From contig JAFATB010000022.1 in the NCBI GenBank assembly GCA_019244185.1, positions 256,001 to 320,000 on the forward strand: a DNA stretch of 64,000 nucleotides. The letters run 5' to 3'. This DNA comes from Acidobacteriota bacterium (GTDB lineage: Bacteria; Acidobacteriota; Thermoanaerobaculia; Gp7-AA8). Made by a program: the position numbers and the translations under genes. The notes below the pieces were generated by a model. The model ran no database searches, was not told the origin of the DNA, and saw only the letters and a program-made list of their open reading frames with translations. Positions 8,932 through 18,433 of this stretch are shown piece after piece (position 1 is the first letter of the stretch; each line of letters starts with the position of its first letter).

Positions 8932-10855
8932 ACGACTGAGGAACAGCCCGGTGGTGGGAGGCGATGACGAGCTTCTCGTCCACCGGCACGATGGGCGGCG
9001 CGGGGATGTCGGTGTCGCGCGACGGCAGCACCCAACCGAGCTCCGAGTCGGCGACACGCTCGATCTCCAGCGAGAGGCGCTTGACGGGCGCGCCGGCAGT
9101 CTCGCATTCGGCAAGGATGGCGCGTACCTTCAGATTCGGCAGCGCCTGCGTGGAGAGGAACACCTCGTCCGCGCGCGTGCGGCGCACGAGCTCGGCGAGC
9201 GGCTCGCGTCCCGAATGCACTGGCAGTCCGTGCATGACCTTGCCGGCCTTCCGCGGATCGTCGTCGACGAACGCCACCGGCAGGTAGCCGAGCTCCGTGT
9301 TGTTCGTCAGCTCGCGCCACAACAGCTCGCCGCCGTCGCCCGCGCCGTAGATCAGCACGCGCTTGCCGGTGCGCGCGTGCGGCACGCCAAGGGAGCGGCG
9401 GAGCAGGCGGAACGCGAAGCGGCTGCCGGTGAGGAACATCAGCAGCAGCAGCGCGTCGAGCACGAACGCGGTGCGCGAGAAGCCGTCGAAGCGGAACGCG
9501 AAGACGACCAGCACGAGCGTGGCCACCGAGCTCACCGACACCGCTTTGCTGAACAACACGACGTCCGACATACCCGCGTACTTCCAGAGGCCGCGATAGA
9601 CGCCGACGGCGAGGAACGTCGCCAGCTTGATGAAGACGATCGCCGGCAGCGTCTTGAGGAAGAGCTGCCAGTCGGGAGAGCCGGTGCGCGCGGTGCCGAA
9701 GAGCATGCGGTACGACGCGTAGTAGGCGAGCACGATCAGCACGACGTCGAGCGCGACCTCGAAGATGCGCCGCTTGTACGAGAGATCGACGAGGAAGGCC
9801 ACGAGCGGTTTCTGCTGCGCCGCAGAGATCTCGGTTTCGCTGTAGACGCGGACGCCGCCGAGGTAGACGCCGAGGATGCCGAGGACGATCGCGAAGCCGG
9901 CGATCGTGGCCATGCTCACGTCGAGGTCCATGCGCCGCACGGACACCGCCAGCGCGCCGCCGAGGATCGCGAAACCGTAGAGCATCCACACCGCTTTCCG
10001 TTCGGAGAGACCGAGCGCGACGAGACGGTGCGAGGTGTGATCGCGGCCGCCCTGCGACGCCGCGCGTCCGGCCAGCTTGCGCATCAGCGTCACGAACGTC
10101 GTGTCGAAGATGGGGATGCATAGCACGAGCACCGGCACCGCGAGCACGGCCAGAACGCTGCGCGAGCGTCCGCCGCCGCCGCTCTCGGCCATCAGCGCCG
10201 TGCTGGCCAGGAAGAAGCCGACGAACATCGAGCCGCAGTCGCCCATGAAAATCGACGCGGGGTTGTGGTTGTAGATGAGGAAGCCGCCCAGCGCGCCGAA
10301 GAACGCCGACAGCATCAGCGCCTCGGTGAACTGCCCGTTGAGGAAGAAGTTCGTCGCCAGCGACAGCGCCGCGATCGCCGCGACGCCGGCCGAGAGGCCG
10401 TCCATGTTGTCCAGCATGTTCACGGCGTTCGTCACGCCGACCAGCCAGAAGAACGTGATGATCATGTTCAGCACGAACGAGCCGGTCCACGGCAGCACGA
10501 GGCCGAAGTAGACGACCGCGGACGCGCCGAGCAACTGCCCGATCAGCTTCTGGTAGGGCTTGAGATGGAGGAAGTCATCGATGAGACCGACCGCGAACAG
10601 CGCGGAGCTCGCGGCGATGACGACCCAGCTCTGCCTCGTGTGCGGTGCGATGACGACCGTGGAGATCGTGGCGAGGTAGATCGCCACGCCGCCCATCATC
10701 GCCGTCGGCTTGCGGTGCCAGCGGTCTTTCTTCGGAGCCGCGACCGCGCCGATGCGCCGCGCGAACGCGCGTACCGCGGGCGTGACGAGCACGGCGGCCA
10801 GAAACGCCGCCAGCGCCGTGGCGACGATCGTCGTCATGGTGGTCGGGAAGATCAT
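8924..10855 (-). CDS. WecA/TagO (MraY-family) undecaprenyl-P sugar-1-P transferase fused to a CapD/PglF-like membrane plus CoA-binding Rossmann region
   Basis: GLIDD, NAVNMLDNMDGL, IFMGDCGS, GRDHTSHRL; C-terminal 'GVYRGLWKYAGMSD' and 'VLIYGAGDGG...AFVDDDPRK'. Confidence 0.85.
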   Translation of the reverse strand: MIFPTTMTTIVATALAAFLAAVLVTPAVRAFARRIGAVAAPKKDRWHRKPTAMMGGVAIYLATISTVVIAPHTRQSWVVIAASSALFAVGLIDDFLHLKPYQKLIGQLLGASAVVYFGLVLPWTGSFVLNMIITFFWLVGVTNAVNMLDNMDGLSAGVAAIAALSLATNFFLNGQFTEALMLSAFFGALGGFLIYNHNPASIFMGDCGSMFVGFFLASTALMAESGGGGRSRSVLAVLAVPVLVLCIPIFDTTFVTLMRKLAGRAASQGGRDHTSHRLVALGLSERKAVWMLYGFAILGGALAVSVRRMDLDVSMATIAGFAIVLGILGVYLGGVRVYSETEISAAQQKPLVAFLVDLSYKRRIFEVALDVVLIVLAYYASYRMLFGTARTGSPDWQLFLKTLPAIVFIKLATFLAVGVYRGLWKYAGMSDVVLFSKAVSVSSVATLVLVVFAFRFDGFSRTAFVLDALLLLMFLTGSRFAFRLLRRSLGVPHARTGKRVLIYGAGDGGELLWRELTNNTELGYLPVAFVDDDPRKAGKVMHGLPVHSGREPLAELVRRTRADEVFLSTQALPNLKVRAILAECETAGAPVKRLSLEIERVADSELGWVLPSRDTDIPAPPIVPVDEKLVIASHHRAVPQSFN

Positions 10856-10952
10856 GCCCCGCAGCAGTTCCTTGTCCGCATGAGGTGAACGCCGACAAAG
10901 TTATTCGGTCGAGCGAAATTATGCAAGCGGCCGCTGCAACATACGTTGCCGC

Positions 10953-11918
10953 TCAGATGCGCTCGGAGTGGTAGGCGATGACCTGCTGAAGGATGCCGTC
11001 GAGTTTCGTCTTCGGCTGAAAGCCCACGAGCTTGCCGATCTTGCCGATGTCGGGCACGCGGCGCGGCATGTCCTCGAAGCCTTCCTCGTACGCCTCGCTG
11101 TACGGGATGTGCACGATCTCGGAAGTCGAGCCGGTGAGCTCGCGGATGCGCTCGGCGAGCTGGCCGATCGAGATCTCCTCGTTCGAGCCGATGTTGAAGA
11201 CCTGGCCGACGGCATCGTCGTGGTCCATGAGCCCCATCAGCGCGCCGACGACGTCGCCGACGTAGCCGAAGCAGCGCGTCTGCGTGCCGTCGCCGTAAAC
11301 CGTGAGCGGCCGTCCGGCGAGCGCCTGTTTGACGAGCGTCGGAATGACCATGCCGTACTGCCCCGTCTGCCGCGGGCCGACGGTGTTGAAGAGGCGCACG
11401 ACGATCGTGGGCAGCTTCTTCTCGCGCCAGTAGGCGAGGGCGAGGAACTCGTCGATCGCTTTCGAGCACGCGTAGCTCCAGCGCCCTTTCGTCGTCGCAC
11501 CCATGACGAGGTTGCCGTCTTCGCGAAACGGGACCTGCTCGCTGAGGCCGTAAACCTCGGACGTCGACGCGACGAGCACTTTCTTCTTCTTCTTGTTCGC
11601 CGCGGCGAGGACGATCTCCGTGCCGCGCACGTTCGTCTCGATGGTGCGCACCGGGCTCTCGACGATCAGCTTCACGCCGACGGCGGCCGCGAGATGGAAG
11701 ACGACGTCGCAGGTGTCGACGAGCTCGGCGAGCACGGGATAGTTCTGCACCGAGTCGATCGTGTAGTGAAAGCGCGGGTTGCGCTTGGCCTGCTGGATGT
11801 TGTCGATGCTGCCGGTGGAGAGGTCGTCGATGATGAAGACCTCGTCGCCGCGCTCGAGATACGCATCGGCGAGATGCGATCCGATGAACCCTGATCCGCC
11901 CGTGATGAGAACTCGCAA
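10953..11918 (-). CDS. NAD-dependent nucleotide-sugar epimerase/dehydratase (extended SDR)
   Basis: TTG start after AGGAG; TGGSGFIG, ASTSEVYG, YACSK (YxxxK), RLFNTVGPRQ. Confidence 0.9.
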   Translation of the reverse strand: MRVLITGGSGFIGSHLADAYLERGDEVFIIDDLSTGSIDNIQQAKRNPRFHYTIDSVQNYPVLAELVDTCDVVFHLAAAVGVKLIVESPVRTIETNVRGTEIVLAAANKKKKKVLVASTSEVYGLSEQVPFREDGNLVMGATTKGRWSYACSKAIDEFLALAYWREKKLPTIVVRLFNTVGPRQTGQYGMVIPTLVKQALAGRPLTVYGDGTQTRCFGYVGDVVGALMGLMDHDDAVGQVFNIGSNEEISIGQLAERIRELTGSTSEIVHIPYSEAYEEGFEDMPRRVPDIGKIGKLVGFQPKTKLDGILQQVIAYHSERI

Positions 11919-11920
11919 TG

Positions 11921-13165
11921 TCACTCCTGGGTGTTGGCTCGCGGATGCACCCGGAGCTCTCGGTATAGCCGGATTATATCGGCGACGAGCCGGTCCTTCG
12001 AATACGTCGCGTGCGCGAATGCTTTGCCGCGCTCCGAGAAGCGCGCGCGCAACGCTGCATCCGTCGCAAGCCGCCGCAAGCCCGCCGCGAAGCCGCGCTC
12101 GTCGTTCGACGCCGCGGTGACGCCGCGCTCGCGGATCTCGTATGCGACGCCGTCGCGTTCGACGCGCTCTTCGATGCGGCCGAGCACGTCGACGACGCCG
12201 CCCACCGCGGTGCTGATCGCCGGGAGGCCCGCGGCGAGCGCCTCGATGAGCGTGAGCGGCGTGCCTTCGTTCAGCGACGTCAGCGCGGCGATGTCGATCG
12301 ACGCGTAGATCTCGTCGATCGTGCGCGTGCCGGCGAACTCCATCCGCGCGCCGAGGCCGAGCTCCCGCGCGCGACGCTCGAGCGCGACGCGCTCGCTGCC
12401 GTCGCCGTACGCGACGAAACGCAGCGATGCGTCCGCGAGCGCGGCGGCGACGCGGAGAAAGAGCTCGTGGTTCTTGATCGGCGCGAGCCGGCCGACAATT
12501 CCGGCGACCAGCGGCTCGTGCTGATGCGGCGGCACATCGCACGACGTGAGATCGAGTCCGAGCGGAATGACGCGGAACTGCTCCGCGCGGCCCACGCCGA
12601 AGGTCTCGTGAATCTCGCGCCGCTGCTGGTCGCTGATCGTGACGATGACGTCGGTCGTGAATCGCGCGAGCAGTTTCTCGATCGTGAGGAACACGCGCGT
12701 CTTCAACCGGCCGTAGTAGCTGTGGAAGACGTGGCCGTGAAACGTGTGCACGAAGCGCACGCGGCGCGGGCGTCCGATGAGCGTGCCGGGCGTGAGCCAG
12801 CGATAGAGCCAGCCCGCGATGCGGCCCGCGGTCCCGGCTTTGGCGGTGTGCGTATGGATGATGTCGGGGCGGAAGCGCTTGAAAAAGCGGAAGAGCTTCA
12901 CGACCGTCACGAGGTCGCGCGGCGAGATCTCGCGGCTCATCTCCGGGATCACGACCGGCGCGACGCCGTGCGCGTGCGCGAACGCGCTCATGTCCTCTTC
13001 GCCGGGCGGCACGATGCCGGTGATGAGCGCGGTCTCGAATTCGCCGTGCGACGCCGCGGGCGCCAGCGCTTCCGACAGCCAGACCACGTGGCGCGCGGGA
13101 CCGCCGACGTTGAGCCGCGCGATGATGCGCGCGATGCGCAGCGGCCGCGGCTCAGCGCGGCGCAC
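11921..13165 (-). CDS. Glycosyltransferase family 4 (GT-B)
   Basis: 'IIARLNVGGPARHV', 'IHTHTAKAG', 'VGRLAPIKNH', 'SLNEGTPLTLIEALAAG'; start placed at GTG 13165. Confidence 0.88.
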   Translation of the reverse strand: MRRAEPRPLRIARIIARLNVGGPARHVVWLSEALAPAASHGEFETALITGIVPPGEEDMSAFAHAHGVAPVVIPEMSREISPRDLVTVVKLFRFFKRFRPDIIHTHTAKAGTAGRIAGWLYRWLTPGTLIGRPRRVRFVHTFHGHVFHSYYGRLKTRVFLTIEKLLARFTTDVIVTISDQQRREIHETFGVGRAEQFRVIPLGLDLTSCDVPPHQHEPLVAGIVGRLAPIKNHELFLRVAAALADASLRFVAYGDGSERVALERRARELGLGARMEFAGTRTIDEIYASIDIAALTSLNEGTPLTLIEALAAGLPAISTAVGGVVDVLGRIEERVERDGVAYEIRERGVTAASNDERGFAAGLRRLATDAALRARFSERGKAFAHATYSKDRLVADIIRLYRELRVHPRANTQE

Positions 13166-13643
13166 GAAGCCGTTCCTGCACGCGCCGCAGCACTTCCTCC
13201 GACTGGATGATCTCGAGGACGTTCGAGCGGAAGCGCGCGGCGGTGGCGTAGTTCTCGGCGGCATCGTCGGTGCGGCCGAGGCGCACGTCAGCGTCGCCGA
13301 TGGCGACGTAGAACTCCGGACGGCGATCGATCTTCAGCGCGTCCTGCATCACCGGAATGATCTCGTCGTAGCGGCCGAGGCGATCGAGCGTTGCGCCGAT
13401 CATCGTGTACGCGCGCGGCTCGGTGGGGCAGCGGTCGCGCAGCGCATAGAGGTCGGTGAGGTTCTCGCGCGCCATCGCCGTCGCGGCCACGTCGTCCTTC
13501 ATGTCGAGCATCGTCGCGGTGCGGTTGCGGAGATCGGTCACCATGAGATCGCATGCGTACGGCGCGTAAACCCAAACGCGAAACGCGTACACGCAGAACG
13601 CCGCCACGGCGGTGACGATCGCGATGCGCGCGATGCGACTCAC
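13152..13643 (-). CDS. Membrane-anchored TPR protein
   Basis: GTG overlaps upstream stop (GTGA); N-terminal TM helix; TPR-like 'AYTMIGATLDRLGRYDE', 'FYVAIGDADVRLGRTDDAAENY'. Confidence 0.65.
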   Translation of the reverse strand: MSRIARIAIVTAVAAFCVYAFRVWVYAPYACDLMVTDLRNRTATMLDMKDDVAATAMARENLTDLYALRDRCPTEPRAYTMIGATLDRLGRYDEIIPVMQDALKIDRRPEFYVAIGDADVRLGRTDDAAENYATAARFRSNVLEIIQSEEVLRRVQERLRAPR

Positions 13644-14893
13644 AACTCGCTCCAGCCGGCCAGCAGCGCGCCGAACGAGACGATGAGCTCCCGCGTCACC
13701 GCGACCTGCAACGGAAACTGCGCGAGACAGAGCACGAGCAGCGTGCCCCCGAGCGGCAGCGCGACGCGCGCGGCCAAACGCGTGCGCGCGTGGTCGAGCG
13801 TCGTCACGCGCCGAGCGGTGAAGACGATCGCGATCACGATCGCGAGGAACAGCGCGTAGCCGACGACGCCCGTCTCCGCGAGCGTCTGCAGATGATCGTT
13901 GTGCGTCTCGCCGAAGTTCGTGCCGCTCTGCTCGACGAGCGACGGCGGATACCGCTGCTCGACGCGCACGATGTACGGCATGTAGTGGTACTTGTACGTG
14001 CCCGGCCCCATGCCGGTGAGCGGCCGGTCGCGCGTCATCTCGATCGCGGCGAGCGCCGCCGACACGCGCTCGGACGCGACGACGTTGAGCTGCCCCTGCG
14101 CGATCGCGCGCGGCACCGCGATGAGCGAGGTCACGGCGCGCATGTGCAGCGCGAGCGCGAGTCCGAGTGCGAGCGCGAGTCCGGCCACGAGCAGCAGCGC
14201 GCGCTTCCACGAGCGGCCGATGCTGATCAGCACGACGCCGGCCGCGAGTCCGACGACGGCCGTGCGCGTCTGCGAGAACAGCACGCCGCCCGCGCCGGCG
14301 ATCGCACCGCACGCGTAGAGCCACCGACGCACGCCCGGCACTTCGATCGCCGCGACGATGAGGATCACGACGTTCAGCGCGAGGAACGTCCCGACGATGT
14401 TCGGGTTGCCGAGGCACGCCGTCGCGCGCATGTGCATCGGCATCCGCGGCGAGACCGTGAACGGATTCCAGCGCCCGGTCTCCTGCAGAAAGGCGAGCAT
14501 CGTGTTGAGCACGGTCGCGGGCACGAGCACATCGATCATCACGAGGCCGATCGCGCGCGCGCCGTACCAGACCGTGAGAAAGACGAGCGCCGCCGCGATC
14601 CACGTGACCAGCACCGGCACGCTCAGCAGACGGTTCGTCGAGATGAGCGTCGTGAATGAGATCCAGACGATGCCCGCCGCGATGATGCCGAGGAGCTCAC
14701 GGCGCCGCGCCAGCGTCCGCAACCGCTCGCGATCGCCGAACGTGGCCGCGATCGTGAGCAGCAGCAACCCGAGGAGCGCCTCGGTGCGCATCGCCGATTC
14801 TTTGATCGTGCGGAAGCGGTCGATCTGATCGGCGGCGACGATGAACGGCACGAGCGCAACGCCCGCCACGGCCAGCGTCGCCGCGGCGTTCAC
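13640..14893 (-). CDS. O-antigen ligase / O-oligosaccharyltransferase family (Wzy_C) protein
   Basis: 'CLGNPN', 'SQTRTA', 'PLTGMGPGTY', 'THNDHLQTLAETGVVG'; start uncertain (GTG 14893 or CTG 14932). Confidence 0.82.
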   Translation of the reverse strand: MNAAATLAVAGVALVPFIVAADQIDRFRTIKESAMRTEALLGLLLLTIAATFGDRERLRTLARRRELLGIIAAGIVWISFTTLISTNRLLSVPVLVTWIAAALVFLTVWYGARAIGLVMIDVLVPATVLNTMLAFLQETGRWNPFTVSPRMPMHMRATACLGNPNIVGTFLALNVVILIVAAIEVPGVRRWLYACGAIAGAGGVLFSQTRTAVVGLAAGVVLISIGRSWKRALLLVAGLALALGLALALHMRAVTSLIAVPRAIAQGQLNVVASERVSAALAAIEMTRDRPLTGMGPGTYKYHYMPYIVRVEQRYPPSLVEQSGTNFGETHNDHLQTLAETGVVGYALFLAIVIAIVFTARRVTTLDHARTRLAARVALPLGGTLLVLCLAQFPLQVAVTRELIVSFGALLAGWSEL

Positions 14894-15008
14894 GGTCCAG
14901 TCGCGATCGGAGAAAAGTGCGATTTTGCGCAGCGGCGGGAGTATAGCGGACGCGGCGCGGCGGCGAAGGAAGAGGGCGCGGCGGCGCCCGCGTTTCCCCT
15001 CCGCGAGC

Positions 15009-15758
15009 ATGCAGCCGTTCGGCCCGCACACGATCAAGCGCATGTCGCGCGACGAGCTCGCCGAGTTCGTCAGCGACACGCTGCGCAGCCTCACCGAAGA
15101 GGAAACGCTCGCGGTGATCGCGAACCCCTACGTCACGCCGCAGCTCCTCGGCAAGATCGCGCAGACGCAGCGGCTCACCGGCTACTACTCCGTCCGCCTC
15201 GAGCTTGTCGCACACCGGCAGACGCCGCAGGCGCACGCGACGAAGCTCGTGCACTACCTCTACTGGATGGACCTCGTGCGGCTGTCCGTCGAGGTCACGA
15301 TTCCGGCGCCCGTGCGGCGCGCGATCGACACGCAGCTGCTCAACCGCGTCGAGAAGCTCAGCCTCGGCGAGCGCGTCGCGTCCGCGCGCCGCTGCAGCCA
15401 CGCCCTCATCAAGCACTTCCTCTTCGATCCGCATCCGCGCGTCTTCGAGGCGCTGCTCGTCAACAAGCGCCTGCGCGAAGACGATCTCGTCGCGCTCGCG
15501 AGCTCGCCGCATGCGACGCCGGAGAAGCTGACGATGCTCGCCGCCGATCTCAAATGGTCGTACCGCTACGCGATCCGCAAGGCGCTCGTGCTCAATCCGC
15601 TCACGCCGCGCGCCGCGGCGGCGTCGCAGCTGCGCTATCTGTCGCGCGTCGACCTGCGGCACATTCACGCCAATCCGCAGACGTCGGTTTATCTGCGGCG
15701 CTGCATCGAGCGCATTCGCCCGGAGGATTTTTCCGCCTCGGTCGAAGGGATTGAATAA
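15009..15758 (+). CDS. Alpha-helical repeat (LRV/HEAT-like) protein, paralog of 16700-17788
   Basis: Repeated 'ALLxNPxxP/T' units; 'KWSYRYAIRKALVLNPLTP' matches 'DWISKYNLIVILCRNPKAP' of the paralog. Confidence 0.7.
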   Translation: MQPFGPHTIKRMSRDELAEFVSDTLRSLTEEETLAVIANPYVTPQLLGKIAQTQRLTGYYSVRLELVAHRQTPQAHATKLVHYLYWMDLVRLSVEVTIPAPVRRAIDTQLLNRVEKLSLGERVASARRCSHALIKHFLFDPHPRVFEALLVNKRLREDDLVALASSPHATPEKLTMLAADLKWSYRYAIRKALVLNPLTPRAAAASQLRYLSRVDLRHIHANPQTSVYLRRCIERIRPEDFSASVEGIE

Positions 15759-15770
15759 AATGCCCGGCGG

Positions 15771-16703
15771 ATGGTCGATCAGGAACCGCAGCCCTCGGCG
15801 AGCGGGTCGGAGCTTGCCTCGTTCGGGGAAGAGCTCCGTCGCGAGCGGGAGATCCGCGGCATCTCGCTGAAAGAGATCGCCGACGCGACGAAGATCAGCA
15901 AGCGGTTCCTCGAGGCGCTCGAACGCAACGACCACCGCACGCTCCCGGCGCCGGTCTTCACGCGCGGCTTCGTGCGCGAGTACGCGCGCTACGTCGGCCT
16001 CAACGCCGAGGAGATGGTGAACCGCTACAACTTCGCGGCGGCGAACGACGATCGCATCGAGAAGCCGCCGCACGTCGAACGGCATCCGGCCGCGCCGGTG
16101 CGCGACATCACGCCGAAGGCGCCGCCGAAGCGCGGCATCCCGCCGGCGTACGCGCGCATCAACATGGGCGCGGTCGTGCTCGTGCTCATCATCATCGCGC
16201 TCGGCGGCGTCGCGTACTGGGCGATCCAGCACAAGCGCGACGGTGAGCTCGGCGCGGACATCAACGCCACGCCGCCCGTGAGTGCCGCGAAGAACGTGGT
16301 GGCGCCGCCGGTCGTGCCGCCCGCGCCGAAGCCCGCGGACGACTCGGTCCTGCGCCTCGGCATCGAAGTCACGGCCGACTCGTGGATCGACCTGAAAGCG
16401 GACGGCAAGCCGGTCTTCCACGACGTCCTCGCGCACGGCGAGCATCGCAGCTTCGAGGCGCAGCAGCAGTTCCGCTTCGACCGCATCGGCAACGCCGCGG
16501 GCGTGCAGCTCACGCTCAACGGCACGCGCGTGCCGCCGCTCGGCGGAGACGGCGAGGTCGTGAAGAACCGCGTCTTCGACCGCGACACGCTGCGGCAGTT
16601 GCGCGCGGCGCCGCAAACGGCGACCGCATCGTCGACAACCGCGCCCACCACCACCGCGCAGTCCGCGACGCAGGCCACGCCTCTGCAGCCGGAACGGCCA
16701 TGA
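15771..16703 (+). CDS. rodZ: RodZ-like protein (XRE HTH, TM helix, DUF4115-like C-terminal domain)
   Basis: 'FGEELRREREIRGISLKEIADATKISKRFLEALE...VFTRGFVREYARYVGL', one TM, 'SWIDLKADG...IGNAAGVQLTLNG'. Confidence 0.8.
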   Translation: MVDQEPQPSASGSELASFGEELRREREIRGISLKEIADATKISKRFLEALERNDHRTLPAPVFTRGFVREYARYVGLNAEEMVNRYNFAAANDDRIEKPPHVERHPAAPVRDITPKAPPKRGIPPAYARINMGAVVLVLIIIALGGVAYWAIQHKRDGELGADINATPPVSAAKNVVAPPVVPPAPKPADDSVLRLGIEVTADSWIDLKADGKPVFHDVLAHGEHRSFEAQQQFRFDRIGNAAGVQLTLNGTRVPPLGGDGEVVKNRVFDRDTLRQLRAAPQTATASSTTAPTTTAQSATQATPLQPERP

Positions 16704-17788
16704 GCACCACCGCTCCCGGCGAGCTGACCGCATCGGCCGTCATCAGCCTCATCGAAAGCGGCGCGTATCCGCGCGACGTGGTGCTGACCATCGCGCGCGG
16801 CTTTCTGCCGCTCGAGCAGGAAGACCTCGTGGCGGTGCTCGCGTACCTCGGCGCGTTGGACGACGACGAGATCTCGGCGACGGCGCGCACCGCGCTGGCG
16901 GACGTGCCGTCGCGCATCGTGGCCGGCTTCGCCGCGAACGAGGACGTCGAGGCCGTGCACCTCGAGCGGCTGCTCGGCATCGCCAGCGATCCGCTCGTGC
17001 TCGAGGCGCTCATCCGCAACCGCGCCGTGAGCGATGCCGCGGTGGCCGCGCTCGCCGCGCGTGCCGAGGCACGCGTGCAGGAAGTCATCGTCATCAACCA
17101 CGCGCGCATCCTCCGCGCGCCGGAGATCCTCGACGCGCTGCTCGCGAACCCCACGCTCGCGCCGGAAGCGCGGCGCCGCGCGCTCGAAACGCGCGAGGAG
17201 TTCTTCGACAAAAAAGCGCGGCTGCAGCAGGAAGAGGAAGAGCCGGAGGTCGTCGAGCTGCCGCTCGAGCCGATCCTGGACCTGCTCGAAAAAGCGCGGG
17301 AGCTCGAACACGATGGTGCCGCGGCGCCCACGCCGTCGCTCACCGAGAGCGAGCGCGAGAAGATGAAAGCGTCCGTCGTCTGGGCGCGGCTCGCGTACAT
17401 GTCGATCTCCGAGAAAGTGCAGCTGGCGTTCAAAGGCGACCGCATGCTGCGCATGCTTCTCGTACGCGAGCGCGTGAAGCTGATCGCCTCGGCGGTCATG
17501 CGCAATCCGCGTCTGACGGATCAGGAAATCGAGAGCATCGCCGGCATGCGCAACGTCGACGAAGAGGTTCTGCGCATGATCGGCACGCGCCGCGACTGGA
17601 TCAGCAAGTACAACCTGATCGTCATCCTCTGCCGCAATCCAAAGGCTCCTGTGGGGGTTGTCCTGCCGTTGATCAATCGTTTAACCTTACGAGATTTGAA
17701 GGGGTTGAAAGACGACAAGGGAGTCTCGCAAGTGGTCCGTGAAACGGCCAAGCGGATTTACCTGTCGCGGACCCAGAAAACCGGATGA
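16700..17788 (+). CDS. Alpha-helical repeat (LRV-like) hypothetical protein
   Basis: ATGA overlap with rodZ; 'EKVQLAFKG...LLVRE...AVMRNPRLTDQEIESIAGMRNVDEEVLRMI'. Confidence 0.75.
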   Translation: MSTTAPGELTASAVISLIESGAYPRDVVLTIARGFLPLEQEDLVAVLAYLGALDDDEISATARTALADVPSRIVAGFAANEDVEAVHLERLLGIASDPLVLEALIRNRAVSDAAVAALAARAEARVQEVIVINHARILRAPEILDALLANPTLAPEARRRALETREEFFDKKARLQQEEEEPEVVELPLEPILDLLEKARELEHDGAAAPTPSLTESEREKMKASVVWARLAYMSISEKVQLAFKGDRMLRMLLVRERVKLIASAVMRNPRLTDQEIESIAGMRNVDEEVLRMIGTRRDWISKYNLIVILCRNPKAPVGVVLPLINRLTLRDLKGLKDDKGVSQVVRETAKRIYLSRTQKTG

Positions 17789-18429
17789 AGGTCAATTACT
17801 ACGAGATTCTGGGCGTCGAGCGCTCCGCGACCGACGAGCAGATCAAGAGGCGCTTCCGCGATCTCGCGCGGGAGCAGCACCCGGACCGCTACCGAGGCCC
17901 TGACAAGGCCGACGCGGAGCGCCGCTTTCAGACCCTCACCGAAGCCTTCAACGTGCTCACCAACGCCGAGAAACGCCGCCAGCACGACTCCGAGATCGCC
18001 GGCGGCGGAACGCGCGGGGCGGACTTCGTGCAAGTGGCCAAGGTCTACATGGCCAAAGGCGTGAAGGCATACAAGGACGGCGACATGCGCGCCGCGTACG
18101 AAAACTTCGACATGGCCGTCAAGCACAACCCGCAGGACGGCAAAGGCTTTCATTACCTCGCGCTCGCCGGCGCGCGCATCCGCGGCTACGAGCGCCAGGC
18201 CGTGCAGGCCATCGAGAGCGCCGTGCAGCGTGATCCGATGAACGGACAATATCTGCGCGACGCGGGTCTGATCTGCAAACGCGCCGGCCTCAATGCGAAA
18301 GCCGAGCGGTACCTCGAAGAGGCGCTGCAGTGGGACGGCTCGAACGTTGAAGTGCAGGCGGCGCTCGCGGAACTGCGCGGCACGAAGGAAAGCGGAAAGG
18401 GCGGCTTCTCGATTTTCGGGAAGCGCTGA
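17785..18429 (+). CDS. J-domain (DnaJ) plus TPR protein
   Basis: 'NYYEILGV...HPDRY...RRQHD' J domain with intact HPD, followed by TPR-like helices. Confidence 0.88.
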   Translation: MKVNYYEILGVERSATDEQIKRRFRDLAREQHPDRYRGPDKADAERRFQTLTEAFNVLTNAEKRRQHDSEIAGGGTRGADFVQVAKVYMAKGVKAYKDGDMRAAYENFDMAVKHNPQDGKGFHYLALAGARIRGYERQAVQAIESAVQRDPMNGQYLRDAGLICKRAGLNAKAERYLEEALQWDGSNVEVQAALAELRGTKESGKGGFSIFGKR

Positions 18430-18433
18430 TTGC

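Noticed and set aside
10953-12542. 529-aa epimerase and other over-extended starts in the ORF track (4121, 16382, 24911, 36845, 44390, 62470)
   Set aside because: Extensions overlap neighbouring genes; family motifs, RBS or stop/start overlaps define shorter starts
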